Shown here in pieces: positions 14,716-26,466 of a DNA stretch of 64,000 nt; the first letter of the stretch is position 1, and every line of letters starts with the position of its first letter. The stretch comes from Hyphochytrium catenoides (lineage: Eukaryota; Protista; Hyphochytriomycota), in the NCBI GenBank assembly GCA_900088475.1, contig FLMG01002416.1, forward strand, positions 5,267-69,266, given 5' to 3'. The notes beneath the pieces were generated by a model. It did no database searches. It saw only the letters and a program-made list of their open reading frames with translations, and was not told the DNA's origin. A program made the position numbers and the translations under genes.

Positions 14716-17700
14716 CTAGAAATGAAGCCAGTCGTTGTCCATGGTCTCTATGCCGTCTAGAGCATCAATGAGGTCCTGGTCAATGATGTTCTGGTTGCGC
14801 ATTTCTTCGCTGAAAAGTTCTCCCAGCAGCTGAGAGAGTCCTGGAGAGCCTGGTGGCAGGATGTCGAACTCTCCTGCTGCCGGAGGAGGTGTGAGAGAAG
14901 GGGGCATCGGAACCGGACTCATCTCCCCGATGGTCATGGGAGGTGTCATGACGCTTGGGGGTGTGACTGGAGAAATGGGTGGCACGGCTGCAAGAGGCAG
15001 AGTAGTAGTGTTAGAAGGCAAGAGTTCCGATGGGCTGCCGCTTCCAATATCAAGGCTATCACTAGTTAGACGGAAAATATGGCCAAAAACAGGTGTTGGG
15101 CTAGGAAAGAGGTGCGAAGCCAAGACGACAGAGAATGTGGCAAAGATAGACGGTCAGGCACTTACGAGTTGTGGCAGAGGGATACTTGGGTATGACATAG
15201 AAGATAGTCAGCAGGTCCGCTGACTCTGTCGTCTCGACACAGATCCAAGTTTGGGCGTCAAAAGGCATTCCACTAACATCCACCCATCGCACATGCTCGA
15301 AGGTGCCGATAGTGGGACCAGTTTTAGCATCGAACTGGGCCAAGTACTTCATCAGCATCGTGGTGAACATATCCTTGTAGTCCAACGGATAGATTAACCT
15401 ACAGCGACAACGGAAAGCAGGGCGGCCGAAGTTATAGGGGTGAACAGCTATGTATAGGGTGAACATCTATGAATGGAAGATTAACGGTGGACGAGGTGCT
15501 CAGTAAGAGCTTCACGGGAAGCGTCAGAACGGCGAACACCCACAGCCCCAGTGCTGAACCGACGTAGGGGATCGACCACGTGTGTAAAGGCAGCTTCCTA
15601 GGTAAACCCGCATCCGGGTCCTGACCTCCCTTCTCTGACATGAACATTGAAAGCAACAGTCCTCCGCCCTTCCTCGGGGCTAGATAAACTTAGGACGCCT
15701 ACCTTGAGAGAAAATCCTTATCCATACATTCTGCTGATGTTGCGTCTTCCTCATTGACTCCAAATATCGCTTTTGCCACGTCGTTGAGGAAGTATTTTAG
15801 CTGTCCGTCATGGAAGACACGCGTGATAGATGCTCCTGCCATCTGAGGAGCGATTTTGTACATCTCCTGCAAGCATTGATTGACAGACTTCTTTCGCATA
15901 GCAGAAAACATTGCTTGGTGCTTGACTATTGACTTCGTAAAGGTGTCCAAATCTATTAGTGGGTCGAGAAAGAGACATGGCAGAGCGAACAGAAGAGAAC
16001 AATGAGAAACACCTTCATAATCTTAGAGCCCAGAAGAAGCACTATCTGTGTCGCCTGCCCACAACATGACTAGAGAGGAGACCATAAGACCAAGAACTGG
16101 CACTGAGAGAGGACAGATTATGGCAAAACAGTTTTGCAAGAGCTTATAGAGGAGACCATAAGCCGAAGAACTGGCGCTTAGAGAGTGCAGATGATGGCAA
16201 ACAGCTTGCAAGAGTATAGGCAAGAGGGTCCAATGCACTGAGCTTTAGCGCTACACTAGCAGATGGTGCAAGTGGTACTGGAAGAGAGCTGACATCACTC
16301 TACCTAAACCCTCATCCGTAAGTTCTGAGGCTGCCTCTGTCCCGAGCAGCTCCTCCAGTGAGATCCCAGCCCGCTTCATAAGCTTCAGACTCATGTCCAG
16401 GATGTATTGACTTTTCTTTAAGACTGCCACACGAAGGTTGTACAAACTAAAGAGAGAAGTCGAGCCACAGAGAAGAGGAATAGCAGTTTAGCCCCACAAC
16501 AAGCGACATGGGGGCACACGCACGACTCTGGCTCTTTCTCCATGTCTCGCTCATTGCCTAACAGTTCAACAGTCGTCATCTTTGTCCCTGTAAGAGCCAT
16601 GAACTTACCAAAACCTCTTCAGCTTGAACCTGGGAATGCAAGAGTTGTTGGACATGGAATAGATGGCTTCAAAGAGGATCGTGTTGATCTTTTTCGCTTT
16701 GGCGGGATCATCAGTAAGTGAGTTAGTCCGTGCGAGAGCTGCCGCCCTGATGGCTAGAGGGGGCCGACCCCGCCGCCTAGATGAATAGATACAGACTTTT
16801 CCAAGGCGGACGCAGCGCGAGCAGGGCTCCTGCCGGTCACACCTAACTTTAGACAAGCGGCAAGCAGTGCATGAAGCTTGCTGTTTTGCACCCTCGTCTC
16901 CCTGCTTATCAGCGGCAGCCGCATCAAGCCCTACATGGGACAATCATGAGATGGCTACCAAGTGTACGGCGTCATAGCCGCCTCCCTTTCACTCCTTCCC
17001 GGTCTCACTAGAAGTCTCTCCTCTTAGCCTTTTGCAGGCACTACTCCAGCTTCTGGGATATGTTCACAATAGGTTGCTCTATTGACCTCCGTCCATTTCT
17101 ACGCCCTTTGTCAGGAGAGGCACTACGCTCGTTCTCACCATTCTCCTCCTTCACATGAGAGCCAGTTGCTCTTGCTCCTGCCGGAAAGGACAGTCTTGAC
17201 TGCACCTGCGCCTGTATATCGTCCACAGAAGGCACAGAGGCCTCCTTGCCGGCGACTATGAGCTTATCCATATCCGTGATGAAGCTGGTGTCTGTCAGCA
17301 CATCTCCTGTCACGCGCATCACCGACTCCACAGTCTCAAGGCGAAGTCTAAGTACGTTCCGAAGCGCAGAGAAGAGACAACAATAAAAAGAGAGTTAGAG
17401 GTAGGGAAAAGTGATAGATCAATAGTAAGCGGAGGCGGAAGCGCCAATAAAGAGGCAATATGTCAAACTGCATCCCCGCCCCTGGGAGGTCCAAAGAATC
17501 AAACAGGAAAAAGTGACTGACGGCAGACGCCGGTGTGGGCATAGCATATGAAGGGAGCTATGGAGAAGAGATAGAGAAAGCATGAGAAGAGAGACAGTAA
17601 GACGGCCAGAGGGTGGCCAGGTGGCCAGCCCAAAATAAAGGGACGGGCTTTGACAGGTTGAAGGCGTTGAGGTCGTCAGAAAGAGAAGCTTTCGACGACA

Positions 17701-17891
17701 AGGAGAACCAACCTCGTCTTCACTTCTTTGAGAAAGTCCTGCCATTTGATGTCCTCTCCCACCAGGACAATGTGCGCTTTCTTATCTGAGCCCAGAAGGA
17801 AAAGCTGGACGGTTCGAGAGGTCACGCTGCCTGACAGCGGGCGCTTGATCATGGACTCGGGCCCTGACATGCTGCTGAGGTCCAACTCCAT
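14716..17891 (-). CDS. Zn(II)2Cys6 binuclear-cluster transcription factor with PAS-like domain and acidic tail (7 exons)
   Basis: SCTACRLSKVRCDRQEPCSRCVRLGKVC (C-x2-C-x6-C-x5-C-x2-C-x6-C) followed by RRRGRPP. Downstream YFLNDVAKAIFG...LIYPLD...RWVDVSGMPFDAQTWICVE..LTIFYVIP is PAS-like. The Pro-rich, acidic end is DLIDALDGIETMDNDWLHF. All introns resolve as GT-AG in phase. Confidence 0.85.
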
Positions 17892-18118
17892 CCCTGCCCC
17901 TATATAATGCTAGAGCTGGGCAGAACACGCCCAGCAGAGAAAGGATGGAAACCAGGGAGAAATATAAGGAACAACCAGTGGGTACAGATGCGGCACCAAG
18001 GGGGCGAGGAAACGAACAGAGACGGTGAGACCAAGGACGGTCTAGAGAAGCGCTTTGACCCTGTTATTTCTAATAAGTTAGAAAATTTGCTAGAGGACAA
18101 GAAAGAGTTGGTATGCGG

Positions 18119-18142
18119 GAGGGAGAGAAAGCGAAAGCGAGC

Positions 18143-18183
<41 letters not shown>

Positions 18184-18685
18184 GGGGAGGGAGAGAGGGG
18201 GTAGTACAAGGTACCTCGCGCTTCAGCGGCGCTGGGATGGCCGGCTGTCAGCCTCAGTCTTGGGAGATATCATGCACGGCAGTCGGGCGGTGCTCTCCCT
18301 CCCTGCTTGATTAGCGGTTCTAAACCTTCTGGGACAGTCTGAGGCGCGCCTGCTCTGGCTTCAAGCTCTGGCCTTCTGGCTCGCTCCAAACATCAGTTCG
18401 TTTCTTATAAAGAGAGAGAGAGCAAGTAGAGAGATAAAGAGACAGAGAGATAAAGAGAGAATGTGAGAGGGAAGAGAGAGAGAGTGGGAGAGAGAGAGAG
18501 AGAGAGGGAGGGGGGAAGAGAGCGAGAGAAGAGAGCGAGAGAGAGAGAGAGAGCGAGAGAGAGACAGAGAGAAGAGAGAGAAGTGGGGAGGGAGAGAGGG
18601 GGTAGAACTAGTAGTGATGCTGTACGTGGAGCCAGAGGCACTGGGAGCTTCTGAATGTTGGTTGTTGGGATGACACGCCTCTCTC

Positions 18686-18727
<42 letters not shown>

Positions 18728-18960
18728 TCCTCTCGCGCTCTCCATCTGATGACGAAGTTGTTGATGTTGACTCTCTCTCTCCTCCTTTCTCGATGGGGTC
18801 AAGAACTCTCTTCTCTTGCTCTGTCTCTGTCTCTCTCTCTCTCTCTCTCTCTCCCCTCCGAAAACCCATCTCTCCTTCTCTCTATCTCTGTCTCTCTCTT
18901 GGCCCTCTTTCTCTGCTTTCCCTCTTGCTCTACTCCGCCATTTTGTCTCTCTCTCTTCCT
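18119..18960. repeat. GA-rich and CT-rich microsatellite cluster upstream of the Zn2Cys6 gene
   Basis: (GA)n tracts at about 18140-18180 and 18410-18600, and (CT)n tracts at about 18680-18960. Confidence 0.9.
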
Positions 18961-21392
18961 CACAGGCAATTATGTATGGCAGAGAAGACTCTGTCTGGCA
19001 CTGAATTGCCCTTCATGTCCTCCCCCTCACCACAATCACTTCAGGAGGAGCACTGAGGGGTCTGGCATACAGTTTGTGGGCGACAATCCTTGTGGTGGAG
19101 ACAGAGTAAAGCAATATGTATACTAAAAAGGAACAAGAGAGACGGGGTAGCTAAATATTGGTTGATCGTAATAATATGCCTCGAGCCCCACTCCAAATGA
19201 CCGTGATTATGGGTAATGGACCTTAGTGATAATAGAATCAGATGTTTGTAATACTCCTGAAGAGTGGAAAACATGGGACTTTATGATAGACAGAGTGCGA
19301 GAGAGAAACGGTTGATTACTAGACAGGCAGTGTTTTTGGGTAGAAAGAGAAGGAAGAGACAGAGTGAGATAGAGAGAGGGAGGAGAACGAGGAGAGGCAG
19401 AGACACAGAACGACGTCCCAAAGCCTCCTCATCTCACAGAGCAGTGTACAGAGTAGAACGTTTAGGAGGGGACAGTTCAGGGCAGTTCTGTTAAGGGAGT
19501 TGGGAAGCCTCTGGCTGCAGGCGTGCTGCCTGCTGCTCGCTATACTGCCACCTGCTTCTAACGCTCCCGTCTCTAACACTGGTCCAGGACGAAAGCACAG
19601 ACAGACACTGACCACAGAGGAGCGGAGGATATCAGCACAGCACAGTGGTCCTTGAGGAAACGTCTGAGTCGGCAACTGCCATCGTCCTGTGTCACGCGAA
19701 GCTTCTTCTGTGGTTAGGCATCTTGTTTTCCCTGGGGAGATTTACTAAGACCAAGAAATGGATTTCTTTCTCCCCCGCCATCATCAGGGGCATCGATGGC
19801 TTAGTCAGCGGCACCATCGTGCAGAAGCTTATCTGGTTGTAGGTTTGGAGGAAATAATGATAAAAGAGCTTCTATGTTGCAGTTGTGTCACGAATTCTTA
19901 GAGTAGAAGTAGGGTGCTTGGTAGCTGCATTGAAAGGGGACGAGGACGTCTCTTCTGCAGAGTAGGCTTCATCTCGTTCAGTATGTCCTTTCCTTGGCGG
20001 TTGGAAGGCTTCATCAGGGGATGTTCAGAGGTAGTTCACGCATTGTAGTCGTGAACTCATGCCCGGACTACTAGAGCGAGAAGCCTCAATGGTGGTCCTC
20101 CTACTCGTGCTGCATGCACTTTCTGAGTCAACGTTGGTCAGACAAACGTCTGCTATGTACTACGTCAGCCGAGAGGAATGAAGATATACCATTCTCACCA
20201 ACGAGGTCAAGGCGGTAGCATCTTGGGCTACTTCATAAATGGCAATAAGCTCTTGTTTGACGGAACCTGCTATGGTTGTGTATGCCGACCAAGAAGAATA
20301 TTCAGCTTCGATTAGATAGACATCCTTCTGTTTTGCTCGCTTCCTTGTCTGTTGTCGTTGGTAACATTTTTACAAGACCAACCCCCTCCATCATATCCTC
20401 TCGTTAGTTCTCCCGCTATCTGTCTCTGCAAAAAGCAATCCTAGATGGTTTTGCACTCATCTGCAGCGTCAACAGGTGACGAGGAGTAGGCTCGCACAAT
20501 AATTCACATGATAACAAGGAAGGCTGCTACCACGATAGCCTCATGTCTTCTGCTCCTCCATCCTCGTGACATCGCACACAGCTTACAGAAGTCAATAGTA
20601 GTAACAAGAACACCGTATGGAGGATGGTGGCGAAGGAAGGCCACGATCTAAAGATGGACTTAGTCTGAGAAGACGGACGAGGCTTGATGATGAAGATTCA
20701 GGGATCAGGGATTGTTGTCGAAGGCTAATAAGCAGCAGCACATCGTCTTCGTTTCTCCTCATCATGATAACCATGATACCCATAACCTTTGACTCTCTCC
20801 TGATATTTGTCCTCGTTATATAGCAGCTATCCAAACAGAGGTACCCAGGAGGGTTTAGGGCTTTATGGGTTTATGTTGTTCAAGGTTATTATTTCCTTGA
20901 GGAGATGTCAGCGCTAGCGAAGCTCTGGTCGAAGCTTCGTACGGAAGAAGCTGCTGCTGCTTCATCATCATCCTCGCCTCAGCCTCTTCGTTCGAGTGCT
21001 GGACATCGCCAATCTCTCTTCGGCCATCACGCAGTGGAAGGCTTCCTTCCAGTGGCTCTCTAATCATCCTTTGACGGTCGCACTATCAAGGGCCTGACCC
21101 GTTCGCGGCCAACGATTCGTGCTGATCAACCGCTCTAACCTTGGGGTTCAAGCCGCGACGGGACTGTCTCCAGCTCTGGATCGCTCTTGGACTACCTCAT
21201 ACTTGCGTAATACCTATCAGATCAGCGCCCTCCTTTGGAGGGGGAGTAGTGCCAACGTTGACCGACTGACTGAAAAGTCTACCACTTCTTCAAGCAAAAG
21301 GTGAAATTGGCAGCTGCAACTACCAAAGCTTAACGGAAGCAAGCAGCCGCTAACTTATTTCTCGGTGCAGTCACTGACTTCTGGGGGCGAAC

Positions 21393-22442
21393 ATGGCAGT
21401 TGACAAGCTAAAGGTGCTGGTGCCGGTGGCCCTTGTCGCTGTCAATTTTGCCTTTGCTGGGTGGCACGTCTTGGGCAAACGTGCGCTTAACAATGGGGTC
21501 AATCCGCTAGTCTTCGCCTTATACCGCGAGATCTCGGCGACTGTCCTGATGTTCATGTTTGCGTTTGCGTTTGATGGTATCCAGAAGTTCAGCACTGTAC
21601 ATTTCTGGCGTATTGCTTTACTTGGTATCCTGTGCGCTGCAAATGTCTTAGGCTTCATCTTGGCTTTGAAGCTTGTCAGCCCTACCAACGCGGCAGTAAT
21701 GCAGCTGTTGGTACCTGTCCTGGTGCAAATCTTCTCTATCGCTGCTAAGCATGAAGTATTGTCTCTCCTGAAGCTTGTGGGTATGTCTTTCTCCATATGC
21801 GGAGCTGCTGTCATCACCATACTGCCATCGACGCATTCGGCTGACAACGACACTGCACCATCTGCCAACGACGGCCTTATAACTCCTCAGCCTCACTCCG
21901 TTCTTCTTGGAAATCTTTTGCTTCTTCTCCAGTGCTTCGCCGTTGCTGTCAGCGTTCATACTCAGAAGGAGCTCCTCTGCACCTATCCTCCTACATCCGT
22001 CACGGCGTGGTACTACTCAATCGCGACTGTCATATCAATGGCAGTGGTAGGGGCCACTAGGCCCCCGGCGGTGGATTTTCGGATATCGGACGCGGCTGTC
22101 TGGGAGGCTTTAGTCTATGCCGTCATCTTCGCTTCTGCATTTACGTATATCACTACCACGTGGGCCCTGAGCCATGCTCCAGCTTCTCTGGTGGCAACCT
22201 TCTCTACTCTACAGCCCCTAGCCACAGCACTCCTCTCTATGATTGTCCTTGACTATCATCTGACATGGGTGGAAGTCCTTGGCGGATGTTTGTTGACCGC
22301 AGGATTGCTAATCACTGTCCATGCCGGGAGGAACACGCAGGCAGTTCCCTCTCCTGCAGAACAAAGAAAGAAGGTGGCTGTAGTGGGTGAAAGAGAAGGA
22401 GAAAGCCTGCTGTACCTCGGCCGGGATGACGCTGAGGCCTAG
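21393..22442 (+). CDS. Drug/metabolite transporter (EamA x2; WAT1/nodulin MtN21-like), intronless
   Basis: 349 aa with about 10 TM helices: GWHVLGKRALNNGVNPLVFALYRE, SPTNAAVMQLLVPV, LLGNLLLLLQC, PASLVATFSTLQPL. Confidence 0.9.
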   Translation: MAVDKLKVLVPVALVAVNFAFAGWHVLGKRALNNGVNPLVFALYREISATVLMFMFAFAFDGIQKFSTVHFWRIALLGILCAANVLGFILALKLVSPTNAAVMQLLVPVLVQIFSIAAKHEVLSLLKLVGMSFSICGAAVITILPSTHSADNDTAPSANDGLITPQPHSVLLGNLLLLLQCFAVAVSVHTQKELLCTYPPTSVTAWYYSIATVISMAVVGATRPPAVDFRISDAAVWEALVYAVIFASAFTYITTTWALSHAPASLVATFSTLQPLATALLSMIVLDYHLTWVEVLGGCLLTAGLLITVHAGRNTQAVPSPAEQRKKVAVVGEREGESLLYLGRDDAEA

Positions 22443-22723
22443 AAGATGTAAAGTAGCAGCCGAATGGGACCTTTACGGTTCTGCATTAGTTAGAATGCCC
22501 TTCCCTAGACTTTGTAATCTCGTCACAGCCATAAATCAACGTCTTGACGTTATCCACAGATCGGACTAACAACTGCAACTGTCGCGACAGTTGTGCCTGG
22601 CAGTCGCCACATGTCACCTATACTTTTGAACCTAGAGGTCAAGCATGTGTCTCCTTTGAACCTCTTGAGCGCCATTGCGATGGGCTTCTTTGCTTCAGTT
22701 ATTACTATTGTTGTGCCAATGTT

Positions 22724-23143
22724 CTAGGCAGACAGCTTGTAGTTCTCTCCATAGCAGTCACGCAGAGCCATCATGAGCTTATAGCAGGGCTTGAGCTCCA
22801 CCTGATTGTCCCATAAGCATTTTCTTGCTGCCTTGAACTGGTCCCAGCACTTTTCCTGCGATTGCCTGAATCTGTGGTTGAAGGACAGTGAGCAAGAACC
22901 CCAAGAAGGTTGTATTCCATCCTCGCACTAAACGTTCAAGTCTCTCCTAGGGTTGACTTACACTTTATGTGTGCACGCAGTAACGAGAAGTGACTCGTGC
23001 TGATGCAATCTGGGATCGACTAACTTCTCCCGTGCTTCCTGGAAAGCTTTTCTATCTTTCTCGCAATCCTCATACATGATTGGCGAGACTGCTACGAGTT
23101 CATGGTAGAGAAAAGGAGCTTCCGCTTTCTGATTATGATCCAT
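22724..23143 (-). CDS. NDUFA8: Complex I intermembrane-space subunit NDUFA8-like (CX9C protein), 2 exons
   Basis: MDHNQKAEAPFLYHELVAVSPIMYEDCEKDRKAFQEAREKLVDPRLHQHESLLVTACTHKV|FRQSQEKCWDQFKAARKCLWDNQVELKPCYKLMMALRDCYGENYKLSA*. The DPR motif and CX9C spacing match NDUFA8. Confidence 0.75.
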
Positions 23144-25609
23144 GCTGGTCTTCGCAAGTCCTCTGTAACTAGGCAACTCACACCCACAAAGCTACTAAGC
23201 AGCCTCGATCCTCTACCTGAAGTATAGCCTTCTGCGCCTGTCAATTACAGAGACCCATAGACGGACGAAAGGCAACTTGAGACGCAATAATCTCAACAAT
23301 AGGCTAGGAAATCCATCACGCTCTCTCACGCTTTCTCTGCCTGTGGTGGCTCTGTATTTTGACCCAGACAGCCGTTAGCCGCTATAGACAGTTCGTCTCT
23401 TTATATCCGTTAGCGGCTTATCCTGCTTGTTATTATTGTGCCACGACAGAGAGAAGATGATGATGAATGTTCGCAGAGTCTATGGCTTTCTCATATAAAG
23501 ATGCTAAAGAAGGAAGACTGAACATCATCATCAAGACCAACGGCAGGACGGGAAGACGGAGGAAGATCCTCATCGACAATCAGAGGGCAGCAGCAGCAGA
23601 TCCATCATCATGGGCCTCTTCGTGCACGTGGTGGTATCATCTCCGCCGACAGAGAAAAAATGATAGTCCTTCTTCTCTTCTTCTTCCTCTTCTTCTTCTT
23701 GTCCTTCTCAATAAAGAGGATAATGCTTCGCTACATATAATGAATGACGATAAACTATTGAGCCGCCCCCGCTAATTCATAGTATGGTGGTGGTTGAGGG
23801 ACACCTTCCTATATCTTTACAAAGGATACTACCTAATGACCGACATCATAATAGAAGCAGCAGCTCCAATCCCCTGCTGATTGCATATATGCATTATTAT
23901 TAGTGCTCACCATCATCAACAATAGCGTGGGGGTCTCAGGCATAAGTACCACCCCAAGTGTTAGCAGACTAAAGCACCACTACCATTACTTAGCTTATTG
24001 CCCACGGCACCGTCGTGTGCCAGTTTTCTTACTGGTCCCTCCGGACACGTTTCGCTGGTTCTTCTCCCCATCTGCCTCTCCACTAGGGTAAGTAAAAAGC
24101 AGCAAGAAAGACAGCTGTAGAAGAGATGATGGTGATGATATTGACTCTTTAGTTTCTGATAATGGCACGTCGATGGAACAACCAGGCTCGCCGCAGTAGT
24201 CATTGCCCCAATCTGCGGCGTTGTGATGGACGGAGGACTCTGCCTGTGGGCCTTCTTCATATGAGGTGGTGCGCAGCAGCAGTACTATTACTATGTATAA
24301 TAAGGATGGAGGGTTGTGGAAGGTGATGACGAAGCACGCGAACGACACAAGGAGAAGCTTACTAATGACCATAAAGAAGAGCCTTGTTATCTTTCTAGTC
24401 TCCCGCTTTTAGAACGAGAGGTTAAACAAAGAAATAGCAACGACGACTAATAATGTTACCAAAAAGGTGGGGGGGGGGGGCCTCCTCCGGTCATCAGCAA
24501 CTATTATGACCAGGCTTCCTGTGTAGTCTCTTAATGTTAGTAATAAGGAGGGACTTCTTTGACGTCCAAACACTAGCTTCATAAGGCCGTTGCCTCCTGC
24601 TGCCTTCTTCTGTGTGAAGATGCTTACGACGATCAATATTAATCTCTGCGATGACCCGGACCAACCACAGTGGCGGCCAACCAATGCTGCGTGATGGTTC
24701 TCTCCTCCTTTGAATTGGGAAATAAACAAGCCAACAACTGTTGTGCCTGATGGTAATAATCGTACAGGTGGTGTCTGGCAGCAAATGTGAATAGTATATG
24801 ATGGTCCCACCGAACAGGAACGGCAGTTATCACCACCCAGCAAGCTTGACAAACCATCAATTTTTGAAATACTCACTACCGGGTGGCGGCCACGGTGAGA
24901 AAGACTAAGGGAGGAAGCAGTCTCTCCTCTACCGCCCATCATCTCATCAGCCGCTTGGCAGTTGGATACTATATCATCGCAAGGCAGAAGAAAGCAGGTT
25001 AGCCGAGGGGAGACGGAGAGATATCACAAGGCTGCAGCCTCGCTGCCAGCCAACCATCGCTGCAGTCCGCCAACAAGAACGAAAGATGGTGCTGATGATG
25101 AACGCGAAGGAGCAGGAGGGAAGTCGACGGAACTCTTCATAGTAGCGATTGAGTTGACAATAGGGAGAGCAGCAAGGAGGAGCGGACCGTTCTTGATAAT
25201 AAGAAGGAGGGCAGACGTCAAGAAATTTCCTCCGCGACTGTCGTCAGTGCAGCAGCAGCCGCGGCGGCGGCCAAACTCTCTCATCACTCAAGAGCCAAAT
25301 AGTGAGAACCGCCGGAAGCTCATACAGTGGTAGGCGGGGTTTCCCTCTCCAAGTAAATCACATGCCTTTACTGTGGTCACGGAAGGGGTAACTACCATGC
25401 CCTCTAGAGACCGGGGGTTATGACCAGGTTGGTTAGTAGTACAATAGGAGGGGAACAGGGGGGCCAAAAGAAAGATACCTAAGCAGAATCTGTATTCTGT
25501 TCATGCGGATTAAGAATCCTTATTGCTAGAGTGGACCTTGTGGCGCAAGGATCTGGAATATAGAGGGCAAATTTTTGCTGGAGACAAGAAAAAAAGAACA
25601 TAAGAGACA

Positions 25610-25625
25610 GAACGAAGGCAGAGAA

Positions 25626-25680
<55 letters not shown>

Positions 25681-25705
25681 GGGAAAAAGCAAGCGAGAGA
25701 GAGAA
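25610..25705. repeat. (GA)n microsatellite
   Basis: Long uninterrupted GA dinucleotide run. Confidence 0.9.
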
Positions 25706-26466
25706 GTCTTCCTTGTGTTCTGAGAGCACAAAGGCTGGACCGATGGATGAAGACGATGGTTCGAGGGGTAGAAGAAGAGCAGCAGCAGCAGCAGCAGCTG
25801 GGGCCTGATGATTATTGGCCAAAGAGAAGTACTCGTAGTGGTCCCTTCGTATCCCTCGCTATGATACTAGGAGAGGAGAAGAGAGAGGAATGAGGCAGGT
25901 AACAGCAGTAGAAGCCGTACAAGCACAAGGAGACAAAGTGCAGCAGTGGGCAGGGCATAAGCTCTCCTCCAGGATCGATGCCTTGCTCACTGACATATTA
26001 TTAGCGCCCCTATGAGAGAGGAGAGGAGCGACCTTTGTTCCGTGCACAGCGGCGCCATAGACTCTATATACACTTGATAGACCACGCACAGAACGCCGTT
26101 CTCCATACTGACCTTGCCTTACCGACGTCCTCCCGAGTAGTAGCTCAAGACTGGTCTCTGCTTAACGAATCCTGACTAGTCGATCGTCCTTTGGCCTCGT
26201 CGCAGCAGAGGTAGAGAAGGATGAAGCTGTAGGATCACTGGTGACTGCTAGGGAATCAAAGCAGCGCGTTCTCAAGCAACATAGTTGTCCTCTTAGTAGT
26301 CCCGGCGCTTACACGATGAGCGACACCGCTAGCAGAGACTAAAATAATCATCCCTGCTTCTTTCCCTTCTTCTNNNNNNNNNNNNNNNNNNNNNNNNNNN
26401 NNNNNNNNNNNNNNNNNNNNNNNNNNNNNNNNNNNNNNNNNNNNNNNNNNNNNNNNNNNNNNNNNN

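Noticed and set aside
14988-17140. Apparent phase conflicts in the Zn2Cys6 gene suggesting more stwintrons or stop readthrough
   Set aside because: Resolved by ordinary sites (AAT G|GTGAG near 17138; CTTGCAG|CC near 14988).
18405-19126. ER-rich and SL-rich ORFs (also near 25510-25822 and 49191-49409)
   Set aside because: They are translations of GA/CT microsatellites.
19300-21300. Short ORFs with some coding-like stretches
   Set aside because: No recognisable motif or consistent splice path.
23467-25333. Overlapping 60-177 aa ORFs on both strands
   Set aside because: Low-complexity trinucleotide-rich sequence with no domain signal.
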